Positions 27,233-38,453 of a stretch of 64,000 nt of DNA are shown here, piece by piece. Origin of the DNA: an uncultured Candidatus Rokubacteria bacterium (lineage in GTDB: Bacteria > Methylomirabilota > Methylomirabilia > Rokubacteriales > DASRDR01); NCBI GenBank assembly GCA_963805625.1, contig CAWDVE010000017.1:384001-448000 (forward strand), in the 5' to 3' direction. Positions within the stretch are counted from its first letter, which is position 1. Each line of letters begins with the position of its first letter. The translations under genes were made by a program, and so were the position numbers. The notes under the pieces were generated by a model, which saw only the letters and a program-made list of their open reading frames with translations, did no database searches and had not been told where the DNA came from.

Positions 27233-27862
27233 TTGCCGACCACCGACGAGATCCGACAGTTCGAGGCGCGGCTGGCCCGGGAGCCCACCTCCCAGGCCTA
27301 CGCGGCGCTCGCCGAGGCGTACCGCCGGGCCGGTCGAGCTGATGAAGCGGTGACGCTCTGCCGTGAGGGGCTCGCGCGCCACCCCGGGTACGCCACGACC
27401 CGGCTCGTGCTCGCCAAGTCGCTCCTCGAGAGCGGGGATGTCCGGACGGCCCGGGCGGAGATCCAGCACTTCCTGGGGGGCGAGCCAGACCACGAGCCGG
27501 CGCTCAGGATCGCGGTGGAATGCGCCCTCAGGGGAGGCGATCCCGCGGAGGCCCTGGGATACGTCCGGCGTCTGGCCGCGCTGGATCCTCACGACCGAGG
27601 GGTGCAGGGACTGTCCCGGGCCCTCGACGTGGGAGTCACCGGGCGGGTGGCACCCGACGGGGGTGGGCTTTGGCCTCTCTTCGTCGACGACATGTACGCG
27701 ACGGTCGCGTTCGGCGACCTCTGCCTCGCGCAGGGGCTCACGGACGAGGCCACGGCGGTGTTCAGCCGGATCGTCGTCCGGCAGCCCGATCATGAGACGG
27801 CCCGCGCGCGCCTCGGCGACCTTGGACGGCCGAAAGGCGCGGCGCGGCGGCCACGAGGATAG
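27233..27862 (+). CDS. Tetratricopeptide repeat protein
   Basis: YAALAEAYRRAG...GLARHPGY; C-terminal ATVAFGDLCLAQG. Confidence 0.85.
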   Translation: MPTTDEIRQFEARLAREPTSQAYAALAEAYRRAGRADEAVTLCREGLARHPGYATTRLVLAKSLLESGDVRTARAEIQHFLGGEPDHEPALRIAVECALRGGDPAEALGYVRRLAALDPHDRGVQGLSRALDVGVTGRVAPDGGGLWPLFVDDMYATVAFGDLCLAQGLTDEATAVFSRIVVRQPDHETARARLGDLGRPKGAARRPRG

Positions 27863-27865
27863 GCA

Positions 27866-28423
27866 ATGCAGGTGTCGACCGCGGAGTTCCGGAAGGGTCT
27901 GAAGATCGAGCTGGACGGGCAGCCGTACAACATCGTCGAGTTCCAGCACGTCAAGCCCGGCAAGGGTGGAGCGTTCGTGCGCACCAAGCTGAAGCACCTC
28001 CGGCTTGGGAGAGTGGTGGATCGCACCTTCCGGGCGGGGGAGAAGGTCGGCCTGGTCGACTACGAGCAGCGCTCGATGCAGTACCTCTACAAGGACGACC
28101 AGTTCCACTTCATGAACCTCCAGACCTTCGAGCAGATCGCGCTCGACGCCGATGTGGTTGCCGAGGCCGCGAACTGGCTAAAGGAGACGATGGAGGTCGA
28201 CGTCCTCATCATCAACGGCGTGCCCGCCGGCGTCGAGGTGCCGAACTTCGTCGAGCTCCAGGTCGTGAAGACGGACCCGGGTCTCCGGGGTGACACGGCG
28301 TCGGGCGGCTCCAAGCCCGCCACCCTCGAGACGGGCGCGGTGGTCCAGGTCCCGCTCTTCATCAACGAGGGGGAAGTCCTTCGGATCGACACCCGCACCG
28401 GGGCCTACATCGAGCGGGCCTGA
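27866..28423 (+). CDS. efp: Elongation factor P
   Basis: [33 protein letters not shown]. Confidence 0.98.
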   Translation: MQVSTAEFRKGLKIELDGQPYNIVEFQHVKPGKGGAFVRTKLKHLRLGRVVDRTFRAGEKVGLVDYEQRSMQYLYKDDQFHFMNLQTFEQIALDADVVAEAANWLKETMEVDVLIINGVPAGVEVPNFVELQVVKTDPGLRGDTASGGSKPATLETGAVVQVPLFINEGEVLRIDTRTGAYIERA

Positions 28424-28430
28424 GGGAGCC

Positions 28431-28889
28431 GTGAACCAGCGAGAGATCCGGCGGCTTGCCGACCTCCTCCGTGACTACGGCCTCACCGAGGTCGAGGTGG
28501 AGCGCGAGGGCGTTCGCGTGCGGCTGCGCCGGGAACCCGCGGCGCTCGCCGCGCCTTCGGCCGGATCCGCCGTCGCCGCGCCTGCCGCGTCCGTCGCGCC
28601 CGCCGCGGTGTCTCCGGCGGTCTCCGCCGAGCCGGCCGCGAGCGAGGCCCATCTCCTCACGATCGAGGCGCCCATGGTCGGCACCTTCTACCGGGCGCCG
28701 TCCCCGGACGCGCAGCCGTTCGTCCGGGATGGGGACCGCGTGAAGAAGGGGCAGGTCGTCTGCATCATCGAGGCGATGAAGCTCATGAACGAGATCGAGT
28801 CCAAGGTCGCCGGGCGCGTGGTCAAGGTGCTCGTCGAGAACACGCAACCGGTCGAGTACGGTCAGCCGCTGTTCCTCCTGGAGCCCTAG
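28431..28889 (+). CDS. accB: Acetyl-CoA carboxylase biotin carboxyl carrier protein
   Basis: [23 protein letters not shown]. Confidence 0.97.
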   Translation: MNQREIRRLADLLRDYGLTEVEVEREGVRVRLRREPAALAAPSAGSAVAAPAASVAPAAVSPAVSAEPAASEAHLLTIEAPMVGTFYRAPSPDAQPFVRDGDRVKKGQVVCIIEAMKLMNEIESKVAGRVVKVLVENTQPVEYGQPLFLLEP

Positions 28890-28915
28890 CGCAGGCCGGC
28901 CCGGCGCAGCGGCCG

Positions 28916-30460
28916 ATGTTCTGCCGATCCTGCTGGGCCAATCTCCCTGACGGCACCGAACGGTGCCCGAAGTGCCAGCACGACCCTCGAGTGGCCGCAT
29001 CGCTGCCCGAGTCCGCGCCCCCTGCGGAGCTTGCTCCCCCCGTGCCGCCCGCCGCGGCTCCGCCCGCCCGCCCGGCGCCCCCGCTGCCTCGCGGCGCGAA
29101 CCTGGCCCGGTTGAACGCGGCGCTGGCCGCGGTGCTCGTGCTCGGCGTGACCGGCCCGGTCCTGGTGCGCTGGTGGGAGACGCGGCGGGCCGCCGACCCG
29201 TCGCTCGGCGGGGACTCGGCGGCCGTCGCGCCAGCGGATGCTCTGCCGGAGCCGAGCCTGCCGACCGCCGTCGAGCCCGTGGCGGCGTCGGCTGGCGATG
29301 ACGCCCACGCCCGCGCGGCGCGGGAGGCGTACGCTCTCTACCAGCGAGGTGAGATCGCGGCGGCGTGCGAGGGGTACCGCGACCTGGCGGCCCGGAGCGG
29401 GCGCGACGACGTCCGGCGCGCGCTGGGCACCTGCTACGCGCGACTCGGCCGGGACTCCTACCAGGCCGGCCGGCCTGCCGAGGCGGTCGAGCACTACCGG
29501 CGAGCGGTGGATGCCTCACCCGACCGTGCTCACTGGGCAGGCCTGGCGATCGCTCACGGGGGCGCGGGCGAACTCGCGCGAGGTCAGGCAGTGCTCGAGC
29601 AGGGCCTGCGCGCCCTCCCGGACGACTCGGAGCTCCTCTACCTGCTGGCCGACTTCCAGGAGCGCCAGGGCCGGACACGCGAGGCCGTGGAGACCCTGAG
29701 GCGGCTCCTTGCCCGGGAGTCCGGCCATGCCCGTGGCCGGACGCTCCTCGCCCGCCTGGAGCGGGAGCAAGGGGTGGAAAGCGGCTACTGGAGCCAGGAG
29801 AGCCCGCACTTCCTCGCGCGCTACGAGGGAGGGGGTGGCATCGACGTGGGCCGGTCGGTGGTCGACAATCTCGAGCGGGCCTACGAGTCCCTCGGCCGTG
29901 ACTATGGTGTCTTCCCGAAGGAGCGGGTCCAGGTGGGCATCTACGTGACGAAGACGTTCGCGGAGCTGGGGGGCATCCCGCCAGAGTTCGCCGAGCACGT
30001 CCTCGGGTTCTACGACTTCCAGAAGCTGCGACTCCGGCTTTCGGCCTCCCAGGCGGGGTCGATCGGGCTCGAGCGCCTCGTGCGTCACGAGTACACGCAC
30101 CTCCTGATCCACCAGGCCACGAACGGCCATGCGACCCGGTGGCTTCACGAAGGCCTCGCCCAGGTCGCCGAGCCCCGCTCCGCGCCGCGGTTCGTCGAGA
30201 CGGACGTCGCCCTGGACCGCCAGCAGTACACGCTCGCCGGGCTGGAGCGTCTGTTCCGGTCGAACGCGGTCGTGGCGGCGTACCAGCTGTCCCACGTGGT
30301 CTGCGAGTTCCTGGTGGATCGGCGCGGCATGGCCGGCATCCGCGCGCTCCTCGGCCGCCTGGGCCAGGGGGACCCCCTGGACCAGGCCCTCAAGGAGGGC
30401 GTCGGGGTCAGCGTCGAGGATGTCGAGGCCCGCCTCCTGGCCGCCGGCGGCCGGAGCTGA
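28916..30460 (+). CDS. Zinc ribbon-TM-TPR-peptidase MA family metalloprotease
   Basis: CRSC...CPKC, TM, TPRs, RHEYTH (HExxH), WLHEGLA. Confidence 0.82.
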   Translation: MFCRSCWANLPDGTERCPKCQHDPRVAASLPESAPPAELAPPVPPAAAPPARPAPPLPRGANLARLNAALAAVLVLGVTGPVLVRWWETRRAADPSLGGDSAAVAPADALPEPSLPTAVEPVAASAGDDAHARAAREAYALYQRGEIAAACEGYRDLAARSGRDDVRRALGTCYARLGRDSYQAGRPAEAVEHYRRAVDASPDRAHWAGLAIAHGGAGELARGQAVLEQGLRALPDDSELLYLLADFQERQGRTREAVETLRRLLARESGHARGRTLLARLEREQGVESGYWSQESPHFLARYEGGGGIDVGRSVVDNLERAYESLGRDYGVFPKERVQVGIYVTKTFAELGGIPPEFAEHVLGFYDFQKLRLRLSASQAGSIGLERLVRHEYTHLLIHQATNGHATRWLHEGLAQVAEPRSAPRFVETDVALDRQQYTLAGLERLFRSNAVVAAYQLSHVVCEFLVDRRGMAGIRALLGRLGQGDPLDQALKEGVGVSVEDVEARLLAAGGRS

Positions 30461-30467
30461 CGCACTG

Positions 30468-31802
30468 ATGTTCACCAAGATCCTGATCGCCAACCGCGGG
30501 GAGATCGCGCTCCGGATCCTGCGCACGTGCCGGGAGATGGGGATCCGGTCGGTCGTGGCGCACTCGACGGCCGATGCCGGATCGCTCCCCGTCCGCCTCG
30601 CCGACGAGAGTATCTGCATCGGGCCCGAGGACAGCTCCCAGAGCTACCTGAACATCCCGCGGCTGATCGCGGCCGCCGAGGTCACCGACGCTGAGGCGAT
30701 CCACCCCGGCTACGGCTTCCTCGCCGAGAACGCGACGTTCGCCGACATCTGCCGGGCGTGCAACATCCGCTTCATCGGGCCGAGCCCGGAGGTGATCCGG
30801 CTCCTCGGGGACAAGGTCCGCGCGCGTGAGCTCGCGCGCAAGGCGGACGTGCCCCTTTTGCCCGGCAGCGACGGGGCCGTGCGCGACGAGACGGACGCGG
30901 GCGTCGTTGCCGAAACCCTCGGGTATCCGGTGCTCCTCAAGGCGTCGCTGGGAGGCGGCGGGCGCGGAATCCGGATCGTGTGGGATGCCGACAGCCTGGC
31001 GGCCGCCGTGCGGACCTGCCAGAGCGAGGCGGCCGCGGCGTTCGGGTCCTCGGAGATCTATCTCGAGAGGTACGTGGAAGGCGCCCGCCACGTCGAGGTG
31101 CAGGTCCTGGCCGACGGCCGCGGCCACACGATCCACCTGGGCGAGCGTGATTGCTCCATCCAGCGTCGCCACCAGAAGCTCCTGGAGGAGTCGCCGTGCC
31201 CGGTTCTGACTCCTGCGGTGCGCGGAGAGCTCACGGGCGCGGCGCTCCGGCTCTGCCGCGCGGCCGGCTTCGAGAGCGCGGGTACGGTGGAGTTCCTCGT
31301 CGACCGGAGCGGACGCTTCTATTTCCTCGAGGTCAACACGCGCATCCAGGTCGAACATCCCGTGACCGAGATGGTGACCGGCGTCGATCTCGTCCGCGCG
31401 CAGATTCTGATCGCGGCCGGGGAGCCGCTCGGCCTCCGGCAGGAGGACGTGCGCTTCCAGGGACACGCGATCGAGTGCCGCGTCACGGCGGAGGATCCGG
31501 TCACGTTCACGCCGAGCCCGGGCCGCATCACGGCCTACATCGCGCCCGGTGGCCCCGGCGTGCGCGTGGACAGTCACTGCTTCACGGGATACATCGTTCC
31601 CCCGCACTACGACTCGCTGGTGGCGAAAGTGATCGCCCACGGCGCGGATCGCGCGGAGGCGCTGGCCCGCATGCGGCGGGCGGTGGCGGAGTTCGTCGTG
31701 GAGGGGATCAAGACGAGCCTTCCCCTCCATGCGCGTGTCCTCGCCGACCCCCGGTTCACGGCCGGAGACTACTCGACGACCTTCCTCGAATCAGGACTCT
31801 GA
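30468..31802 (+). CDS. accC: Biotin carboxylase
   Basis: KILIANRGEIA, HPGYGFLAEN, ERDCSIQRRHQK, EVNTRIQVEHPVTE. Confidence 0.97.
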   Translation: MFTKILIANRGEIALRILRTCREMGIRSVVAHSTADAGSLPVRLADESICIGPEDSSQSYLNIPRLIAAAEVTDAEAIHPGYGFLAENATFADICRACNIRFIGPSPEVIRLLGDKVRARELARKADVPLLPGSDGAVRDETDAGVVAETLGYPVLLKASLGGGGRGIRIVWDADSLAAAVRTCQSEAAAAFGSSEIYLERYVEGARHVEVQVLADGRGHTIHLGERDCSIQRRHQKLLEESPCPVLTPAVRGELTGAALRLCRAAGFESAGTVEFLVDRSGRFYFLEVNTRIQVEHPVTEMVTGVDLVRAQILIAAGEPLGLRQEDVRFQGHAIECRVTAEDPVTFTPSPGRITAYIAPGGPGVRVDSHCFTGYIVPPHYDSLVAKVIAHGADRAEALARMRRAVAEFVVEGIKTSLPLHARVLADPRFTAGDYSTTFLESGL

Positions 31803-31821
31803 TCGGCCGAGCGGGCGGCCC

Positions 31822-32125
31822 ATGCCGCTTTGGACCCGGATCGCGGTGTTCATGGCCGTCCTGGCCTGCTCGACGCCGGGACGGTACCGGCCCAGGGCAC
31901 GGCCACCAGATCGCCACGCAGAGCCCGCTCTCCTCCGACCAGACTTCCCGCGGGGCAGGCATCAAGCTCGGCGCCCAGCTCGCGATCGAGCAGCTCGGGA
32001 GTCCCCTGGAACGGATGGGCTACGGGGTACTTCAGGTCGCCAGCGAGGGTCCGGAGCGGTGAGACCAGGACAAGGTCGTCAAGCAGATGGCCGCCGCGCC
32101 GCCGCGGAACAAGGGAGCCCGTCGG
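31822..32125 (+). pseudogene. Internally deleted LivK-type substrate-binding protein relic
   Basis: Signal-like start, frameshift, QIATQSPLS...GIKLGAQLAIEQLG (N-terminus) joined to VLQVAS..*..DKVVKQMAAAPP (C-terminus-like). Confidence 0.65.
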
Positions 32126-32273
32126 CTCCCCGGATGGCCGGCCGTGTTCGGAGCGGCCTGGGGTGTCCGGAGGCGCCGCGTCCCCGAGTCCGTCGAAGGG
32201 CGGGCGCACCGCGCCGGGCTGGGGGTAGTGCGTCAGTTTGAGGGGTAGGCCGACAGGGTGCTGGCCTACTGCC

Positions 32274-32420
32274 ATGACGTGGAGGTGGTGGCGGAAGCGC
32301 CTATACATTGCGCCCCCAGAAGAGCGGGCACGTTCCCTGGCATTTGCAGTCAGGATGGGGTTCGCGATCGGTGCCATGATCGGGTTCGTGCTTCTTGCCT
32401 GGCTATTCTCGTGCCCCTAG
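32274..32420 (+). CDS. Possible 48-aa single-TM protein
   Basis: MTWRWWRKRLY...MGFAIGAMIGFVLLAWLFSCP; atypical codon usage. Confidence 0.35.
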   Translation: MTWRWWRKRLYIAPPEERARSLAFAVRMGFAIGAMIGFVLLAWLFSCP

Positions 32421-32437
32421 CGTGGCACACTGAGGCT

Positions 32438-32760
32438 ATGACCAAGAGGCCGAAACGTCCCCGCGACATCGCCCAGGCATCGTGAACCAGCCGATTACTG
32501 GGAACCCCGACCAGGCCCACGTCTCCACCAGCTACGTCGAACGCCAGAACCTGACCATGCGGGTGAGCATGCGGCGGTTCACCCGCTTGACCACTGCCTT
32601 CTCGAAGAAGGTCGAGAACCACACGGCAGCCGTGGCCTTCTATTTCATGTAGTACAACTTTGCCCGCATTCACCAGACCTTGCGGGTGACCCCGGCCATG
32701 GAGGCAGGGGTGGCCGATCACGTCTGGTCAGCAGCCGAAATCGTCGCCCTGGCAAGGTGA
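32438..32760 (+). mobile_element. Degenerate IS1-family transposase remnant
   Basis: GNPDQAHVSTSYVERQNLTMR...RRFTRLT.AFSKK...*YNFARIHQTLRVTPAMEAG with internal TAG; preceded by MTKRPKRPRD fragment. Confidence 0.8.
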
Positions 32761-32967
32761 CGCACCAACCGGGCTGGGTGTCACCTTGACACCCCCGGAG
32801 ACCCATAGTAGCGTACCGTCCCACTTGATTCCCCGGGCAGTGCTGCCCAGGGACAGACAGATCCAGATTCAAGCAGGTAGGGAAGCCGAGGTCCGAGACG
32901 AGCCGGGCCGCATCGACCCGACTCACAACGGTCTAGCCTTGACGTGTTACGTAGGAGGAGGTCGGTT

Positions 32968-34236
32968 ATGCAAGGATGGAAGTGGATGGGGATGGCCGGT
33001 ATGGCGGCGCTCGTCATGGCGCTTGCCGCACCCGCCGATGCACAGCAGTGCCCGAAGGGCAAGCTTCGGATCTACACTTCATGGCCCATGCAGGGGTCCC
33101 AGCTCGCCGAGGGGACCGGCATGAAGAATGGCGTCGAGATGGCCGTGGGTGAGGTCGGCGGTGTCGTGGGCGGCTATTGCCTGGAGGTCGTTGGCCTCGA
33201 CGATGCTTCTCCGCAAACCGGCTCGTGGGACGGTGCGGTCGAGGCCGAGAACGCCAACAAGGCGGTGGGGGACCAGCAGGCCATCGCGTACATCGGGACG
33301 TACAACTCGGGCGCGGCCAAGATCTCGATGACGATCACCAACCGGGCCCACATGGCGCAGGTCTCTCCGGCCAACACGTATCCCGGGCTGACCCGGAAGA
33401 GTGGGGCGGCCCCCGGGGAGCCCGAGATCTACCGGCCGATGGGGTTTGTGAACTACTTCCGCGTCGTGCCGCCCGACGACATTCAGGGCGCCGTCGGCGC
33501 CAAGTGGGCGAAGCAGCTCGGTGCCAAGAAGGTGTTCATCCTCGACGACCAGCAGCTCTACGGGAAGGGCATCGCGGACGTCTTCGAGGCGACAGCGAAG
33601 AAGCTCGGTCTCCAGGTGGTCGGCCACGAGGGCATCGACGTGAAGCAGTCGGACCAGAAGCCCGTGCTGACCAAGATCCGGGCGGCCCAGGCCGACACGG
33701 TGTACATGGGCGGCGTCGTCGACTCGGGCGCTCAGATCGTCATCCGCCAGATGAAGGACCTCGGCCTCGTGGCGGCTCGCGGCGTCCGGTTCATCGGACC
33801 CGACGGTCTCTACGAGGAGGAGCTGCTCAAGGGCGCCACGTGTGACGCCGCGCTGGCCACCGAGCTGCGAGTGACCTTCGCGAGCCTGCCTTTCGAGAAG
33901 ATGACGGGGGCCGGGGGAAAGACGTACGAGAACTACAAGAAGAAGTACGGGAAGGAGCCGACGGCGTACGCGCTCTACTCGACCGAGGCGGCGCGCATCA
34001 CCGTCGAGGCCATCAAGCGCGCCATCCCGGAGATCGACAAGGCCACAGATGTCACCGCCAAGCGGGAGGCGGTCCGGAAGGCGATGGCCGGCATCAAGGA
34101 CTTCGACGGGCTCAACGGCAAGTGGAGCTTCGACGAGAACGGAGACACGAACCTCGAGACCATGTCTGGCTTCCAGGTCGTGAAGGCCGACAACCCGATG
34201 GGCTGCACCTTCAAGTTCGTCTCGATTCTCGAGTAG
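32968..34236 (+). CDS. livK: Branched-chain amino acid ABC transporter substrate-binding protein
   Basis: AGGAGG RBS; signal peptide; IGTYNSG, SPANTYPGLT, YFRVVPPDDIQG, WSFDENGD. Confidence 0.9.
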   Translation: MQGWKWMGMAGMAALVMALAAPADAQQCPKGKLRIYTSWPMQGSQLAEGTGMKNGVEMAVGEVGGVVGGYCLEVVGLDDASPQTGSWDGAVEAENANKAVGDQQAIAYIGTYNSGAAKISMTITNRAHMAQVSPANTYPGLTRKSGAAPGEPEIYRPMGFVNYFRVVPPDDIQGAVGAKWAKQLGAKKVFILDDQQLYGKGIADVFEATAKKLGLQVVGHEGIDVKQSDQKPVLTKIRAAQADTVYMGGVVDSGAQIVIRQMKDLGLVAARGVRFIGPDGLYEEELLKGATCDAALATELRVTFASLPFEKMTGAGGKTYENYKKKYGKEPTAYALYSTEAARITVEAIKRAIPEIDKATDVTAKREAVRKAMAGIKDFDGLNGKWSFDENGDTNLETMSGFQVVKADNPMGCTFKFVSILE

Positions 34237-34302
34237 ACCTCTTCGGGGAGGATCGCCTGGCAGTCCCGGGCGATCCTCCCCGACGGTCGCCCTGACGCCG
34301 CG

Positions 34303-35241
34303 ATGGACTGGTACCTCGTTCTCATCCAGCAGAGCATCAACGGGCTCACGCGCGGCTCGCTCTTTGCCCTGGTGGCGCTCGGCTACACGATGGTGTACGG
34401 CGTCATCGAGCTGATCAACTTCGCCCACGGCGACGTGTTCATGCTGGGCCTGTTCATCTCTCTCCTGTACTTCACGCTCATTGGCATCACCCGTCCGCTC
34501 CACGGCTTGGAGTTCGCCACGGTCCTTCCGGTCATCCTTCTCGCCACCATGGCCACGACTGGGTTCATCAACGCGGGCATCGACCGGCTGGCGTACCGGC
34601 CGCTGCGTCGCGCGCCCCGGCTGGCTCCCCTCATCACCGCGATCGGCGTCTCCTTCATGCTCGAGAACGTCGCGCTGATCTGGAAGGGGCCAACACCGGT
34701 CCCGTATCCCGACATCTTCCCGTCCGTGGACGTGTTGCGGGACTGGTTCGGAATCGACACGCTCCTCTACGTTACCTTGAAGGATCTCGTGGTCGTCGCG
34801 CTTACCGTTCCCCTCATGCTGGCGCTCCAGTACTTCGTCAAGCGGACGACGTGGGGCAAGGCGATGCGCGCGACCGCCCAGGACCGCGAGACCGCCCTCG
34901 CCATGGGCATCAACGTGGAGAAGACCATATTCATGACGTTTTTCATCGGCGGCGCGCTTGCCGGGGCAGCTGGACTCATCCAGGGCCTCTATCACAACAT
35001 CGGCCAGTGGCAGATGGGCTATCAGGCGGGCCTCCTCGCCTTCACGGCGGCGGTGTTGGGCGGGATCGGAAACCTCCCCGGCGCGACGCTGGGCGGGTTC
35101 GTGATCGGCTTCCTCTCGGCCTGGAGCGACCAGTACGTCTCCGCCAGGTGGACGAACGCCATCGTCTTCGCGATCCTCATCCTGATCCTGGTGTTGCGCC
35201 CCCACGGACTCCTGGGTGAACAGACGCCCGAAAAGGCCTGA
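34303..35241 (+). CDS. livH: Branched-chain amino acid ABC permease
   Basis: ALGYTMVYGVIELINFAHGD, AFTAAVLGGIG. Confidence 0.93.
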   Translation: MDWYLVLIQQSINGLTRGSLFALVALGYTMVYGVIELINFAHGDVFMLGLFISLLYFTLIGITRPLHGLEFATVLPVILLATMATTGFINAGIDRLAYRPLRRAPRLAPLITAIGVSFMLENVALIWKGPTPVPYPDIFPSVDVLRDWFGIDTLLYVTLKDLVVVALTVPLMLALQYFVKRTTWGKAMRATAQDRETALAMGINVEKTIFMTFFIGGALAGAAGLIQGLYHNIGQWQMGYQAGLLAFTAAVLGGIGNLPGATLGGFVIGFLSAWSDQYVSARWTNAIVFAILILILVLRPHGLLGEQTPEKA

Positions 35242-35259
35242 CCCGGGCTCCCGCGAGCG

Positions 35260-37262
35260 ATGAGCGCCCAGAGCGCAGTGACCGCGGGCGGGGCCGCCCG
35301 GCGGGCCCTCCCGGCGAGCCTGCTGGTTGCCGTCCTCCTGGTCTATCCGTTCCTCGATCGCGCGCTCCAGGCCCAGACGGTCTACGCTGTCACCGACGCG
35401 ATGATCTACGTCCTCCTCGCGCTTGGCCTCAACATCGTTGTCGGCTACGCGGGGCTCCTTGACCTCGGCTACGCGGCGTTCTTCGCGATCGGCGCGTACG
35501 CCATGGGGCTGCTCAACTCGCCCCTCTTCGGGTCACCGCTCCACGGCCACCGGTGGAGCTTCTGGGTGATCATCTGGGTCTCGGCTCTCGTGGCCGCGCT
35601 GTTCGGAGTGCTGATCGGAGCTCCCACCCTTCGTGTCCGGGGCGACTATCTGGCCATCATCACGCTGGCCTTCGGCGAGATCATCCCGGTGGCCATCCGG
35701 AGCATGGGCGACATCACGATCCAGGTCGGCTCCTGGCGGCCGGTCGAGCGCCTGAACCTGACGGGCGGAGAGAACGGGGTCAACCCCGTCGGGCGGCCCT
35801 ATTTCCCGGGCGTGGACTTCGACCGCGATGCCATTCCGTGGTACTTCCTGATCCTGATCATCGGCGCGATATCCCTCTGGGCGATGAACCGGATGCGGGA
35901 CTCGCGACTCGGCCGTGCGTGGATGGCAATCCGGGAGGACGAGACCGCGGCCGGCTGCATGGGCGTGAACCCCGTCAAGACCAAGCTCCTGGCCTTCGGG
36001 CTCGGTGCCTCCTTCTCGGGGTTCGCGGGGTCGTTCTACGCCGCCAAGCTCCAGGCGATCACCCCGGGCGCCTTCCAGTTCAGCGTGTCGATCATGCTGC
36101 TCTGCATGGTCGTGCTCGGTGGCATGGGGAGCCTCAAGGGCGTGATCCTGGGGGGCATGCTGATCACCCTTTTCGACCGGATCCTCCTGGCCCAGATGAC
36201 CGTGGGCGTCCGGGCGATCGGACGCGCGGTGGGTAGCGCAACGCTCTCCACGCTGGACCTTACGATCTGGCGCTGGTTCTTCTTCGGCCTCGGACTGGTC
36301 GTCGTCATGGTGTTCAAGCCGGAGGGCTTGGTCGGGCGCCGCATCCGGCCGCCCGCCGCGGACGTGGACGACGAGGAAGAGGCGCTGGTGCTCGCCGCCG
36401 CCCCGCCGCCGCCGCAGGCGGAGAGCATCCCGGCGTGGCTCCGGGAGCGGGTGGCCGCCCGCGCAGAGAGCGCGGAGCAGCACCCGATCCTCGAGGTACG
36501 AGGCGTCACCAAGGCTTTTGGCGGCCTGGTGGCAGTGAACCAGGTGGACCTGGTGATCCCGCGGGGTGCTATCGTCGGGCTGATCGGGCCGAACGGCGCG
36601 GGGAAGACCACGTTCTTCAACCTCGTCACCGGGCTCATGGCGCCCGACCAGGCTGAGATCCGGCTCGATGGACAGAGCGTCGTGGGCCTCCGTCCCCACG
36701 CCCTGGTGGGGCGGGGGATCGCGCGGACCTTCCAGTCCATCCGGCTCTTCCAGAACATGACGGTCCTCGAGAACATCCTGGTCGGCGAGCACTGTCGCCT
36801 CTCGGCGTCGGTCGCTGGCGCGGTCTTCCGGCCGCCCGCGGTGCGGGCCGAAGAGTCGCAGGCTCGGGCCCGGGCTCGGGAGCTCCTCGAGTTCGTCGGC
36901 CTCGGTGGCAAGGACGACGAGGTAGCGAAGAACCTCCCCTACGGCGACCAGCGCCGGCTGGAGATTGCCCGGGCGCTGGCGACCCAGCCCCGGCTTCTCC
37001 TTCTCGACGAGCCGACTGCTGGGATGAACCCTCGCGAGACCGAGACCCTGACGGAGTTCATCGGCCTCCTGCGCCAGGAGCTCGGCCTCTCGGTGCTGCT
37101 CATCGAGCACCACATGGAGGTCGTGATGGGGATCTCGGACCGGATCACGGTGCTGGACTACGGAACTCGCATCGCGGAGGGATCGCCGGCCCAGATCCAG
37201 CGGGACCCGAAAGTGATCGAGGCCTATCTCGGGAAGGGGTACGAGGCGGAGCCCGCGGCGGT

Positions 37263-37266
<4 letters not shown>
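35260..37266 (+). CDS. Fused LivM permease / LivG ATPase
   Basis: GLNIVVGYAGLLDLGY, RGDYLAIITL; then GPNGAGKTT, LPYGDQRRLE, LLLDEP. Confidence 0.92.
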
Positions 37267-37991
<725 letters not shown>

Positions 37992-37997
37992 TGCGCA

Positions 37998-38453
37998 ATG
38001 GGCAGCGGCCCCGTCCACTTCGAGGAGTTCGAGGTCGGCGCGCGCTATCGCACGCTCGGGCGGACCGTCTCCGACTTCGAGATTCTCCAGTTCGTCACGC
38101 TGACCGGCTTCACGGAGCCGCTCTTCATGGACATGGAGTACGTCCGCCGGGAGAGCGTGTTCGGCACGCGGGTGGCGCCGGGCGTGCTCACGTTCGGGCT
38201 AGCCGAGGGACTGACGCTCCAGACCGGGATCCTCCACGGAACCGGTCTCGCGCTCCTGTCCTACGATGTCCGGGTGCTCGCTCCGGTGCTGGCCGGCGAC
38301 ACCATCTCGGTGGAGATCGAGGTGCTCGACCGGCGCGAGACGCGGAAGCCCGACCGCGGCATCGTGACCTTCCGCCACCGGATCACCAACCAGCGAGGGG
38401 AGCCGGTCATGGAGGCCACGATCGTCCGGATGATCAAGCGGCGGTCCCCGTGA
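37998..38453 (+). CDS. MaoC-like hotdog-fold dehydratase
   Basis: FEEFEVG, RTVSD, FGTRVAPG, APVLAGDTI. Confidence 0.88.
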   Translation: MGSGPVHFEEFEVGARYRTLGRTVSDFEILQFVTLTGFTEPLFMDMEYVRRESVFGTRVAPGVLTFGLAEGLTLQTGILHGTGLALLSYDVRVLAPVLAGDTISVEIEVLDRRETRKPDRGIVTFRHRITNQRGEPVMEATIVRMIKRRSP

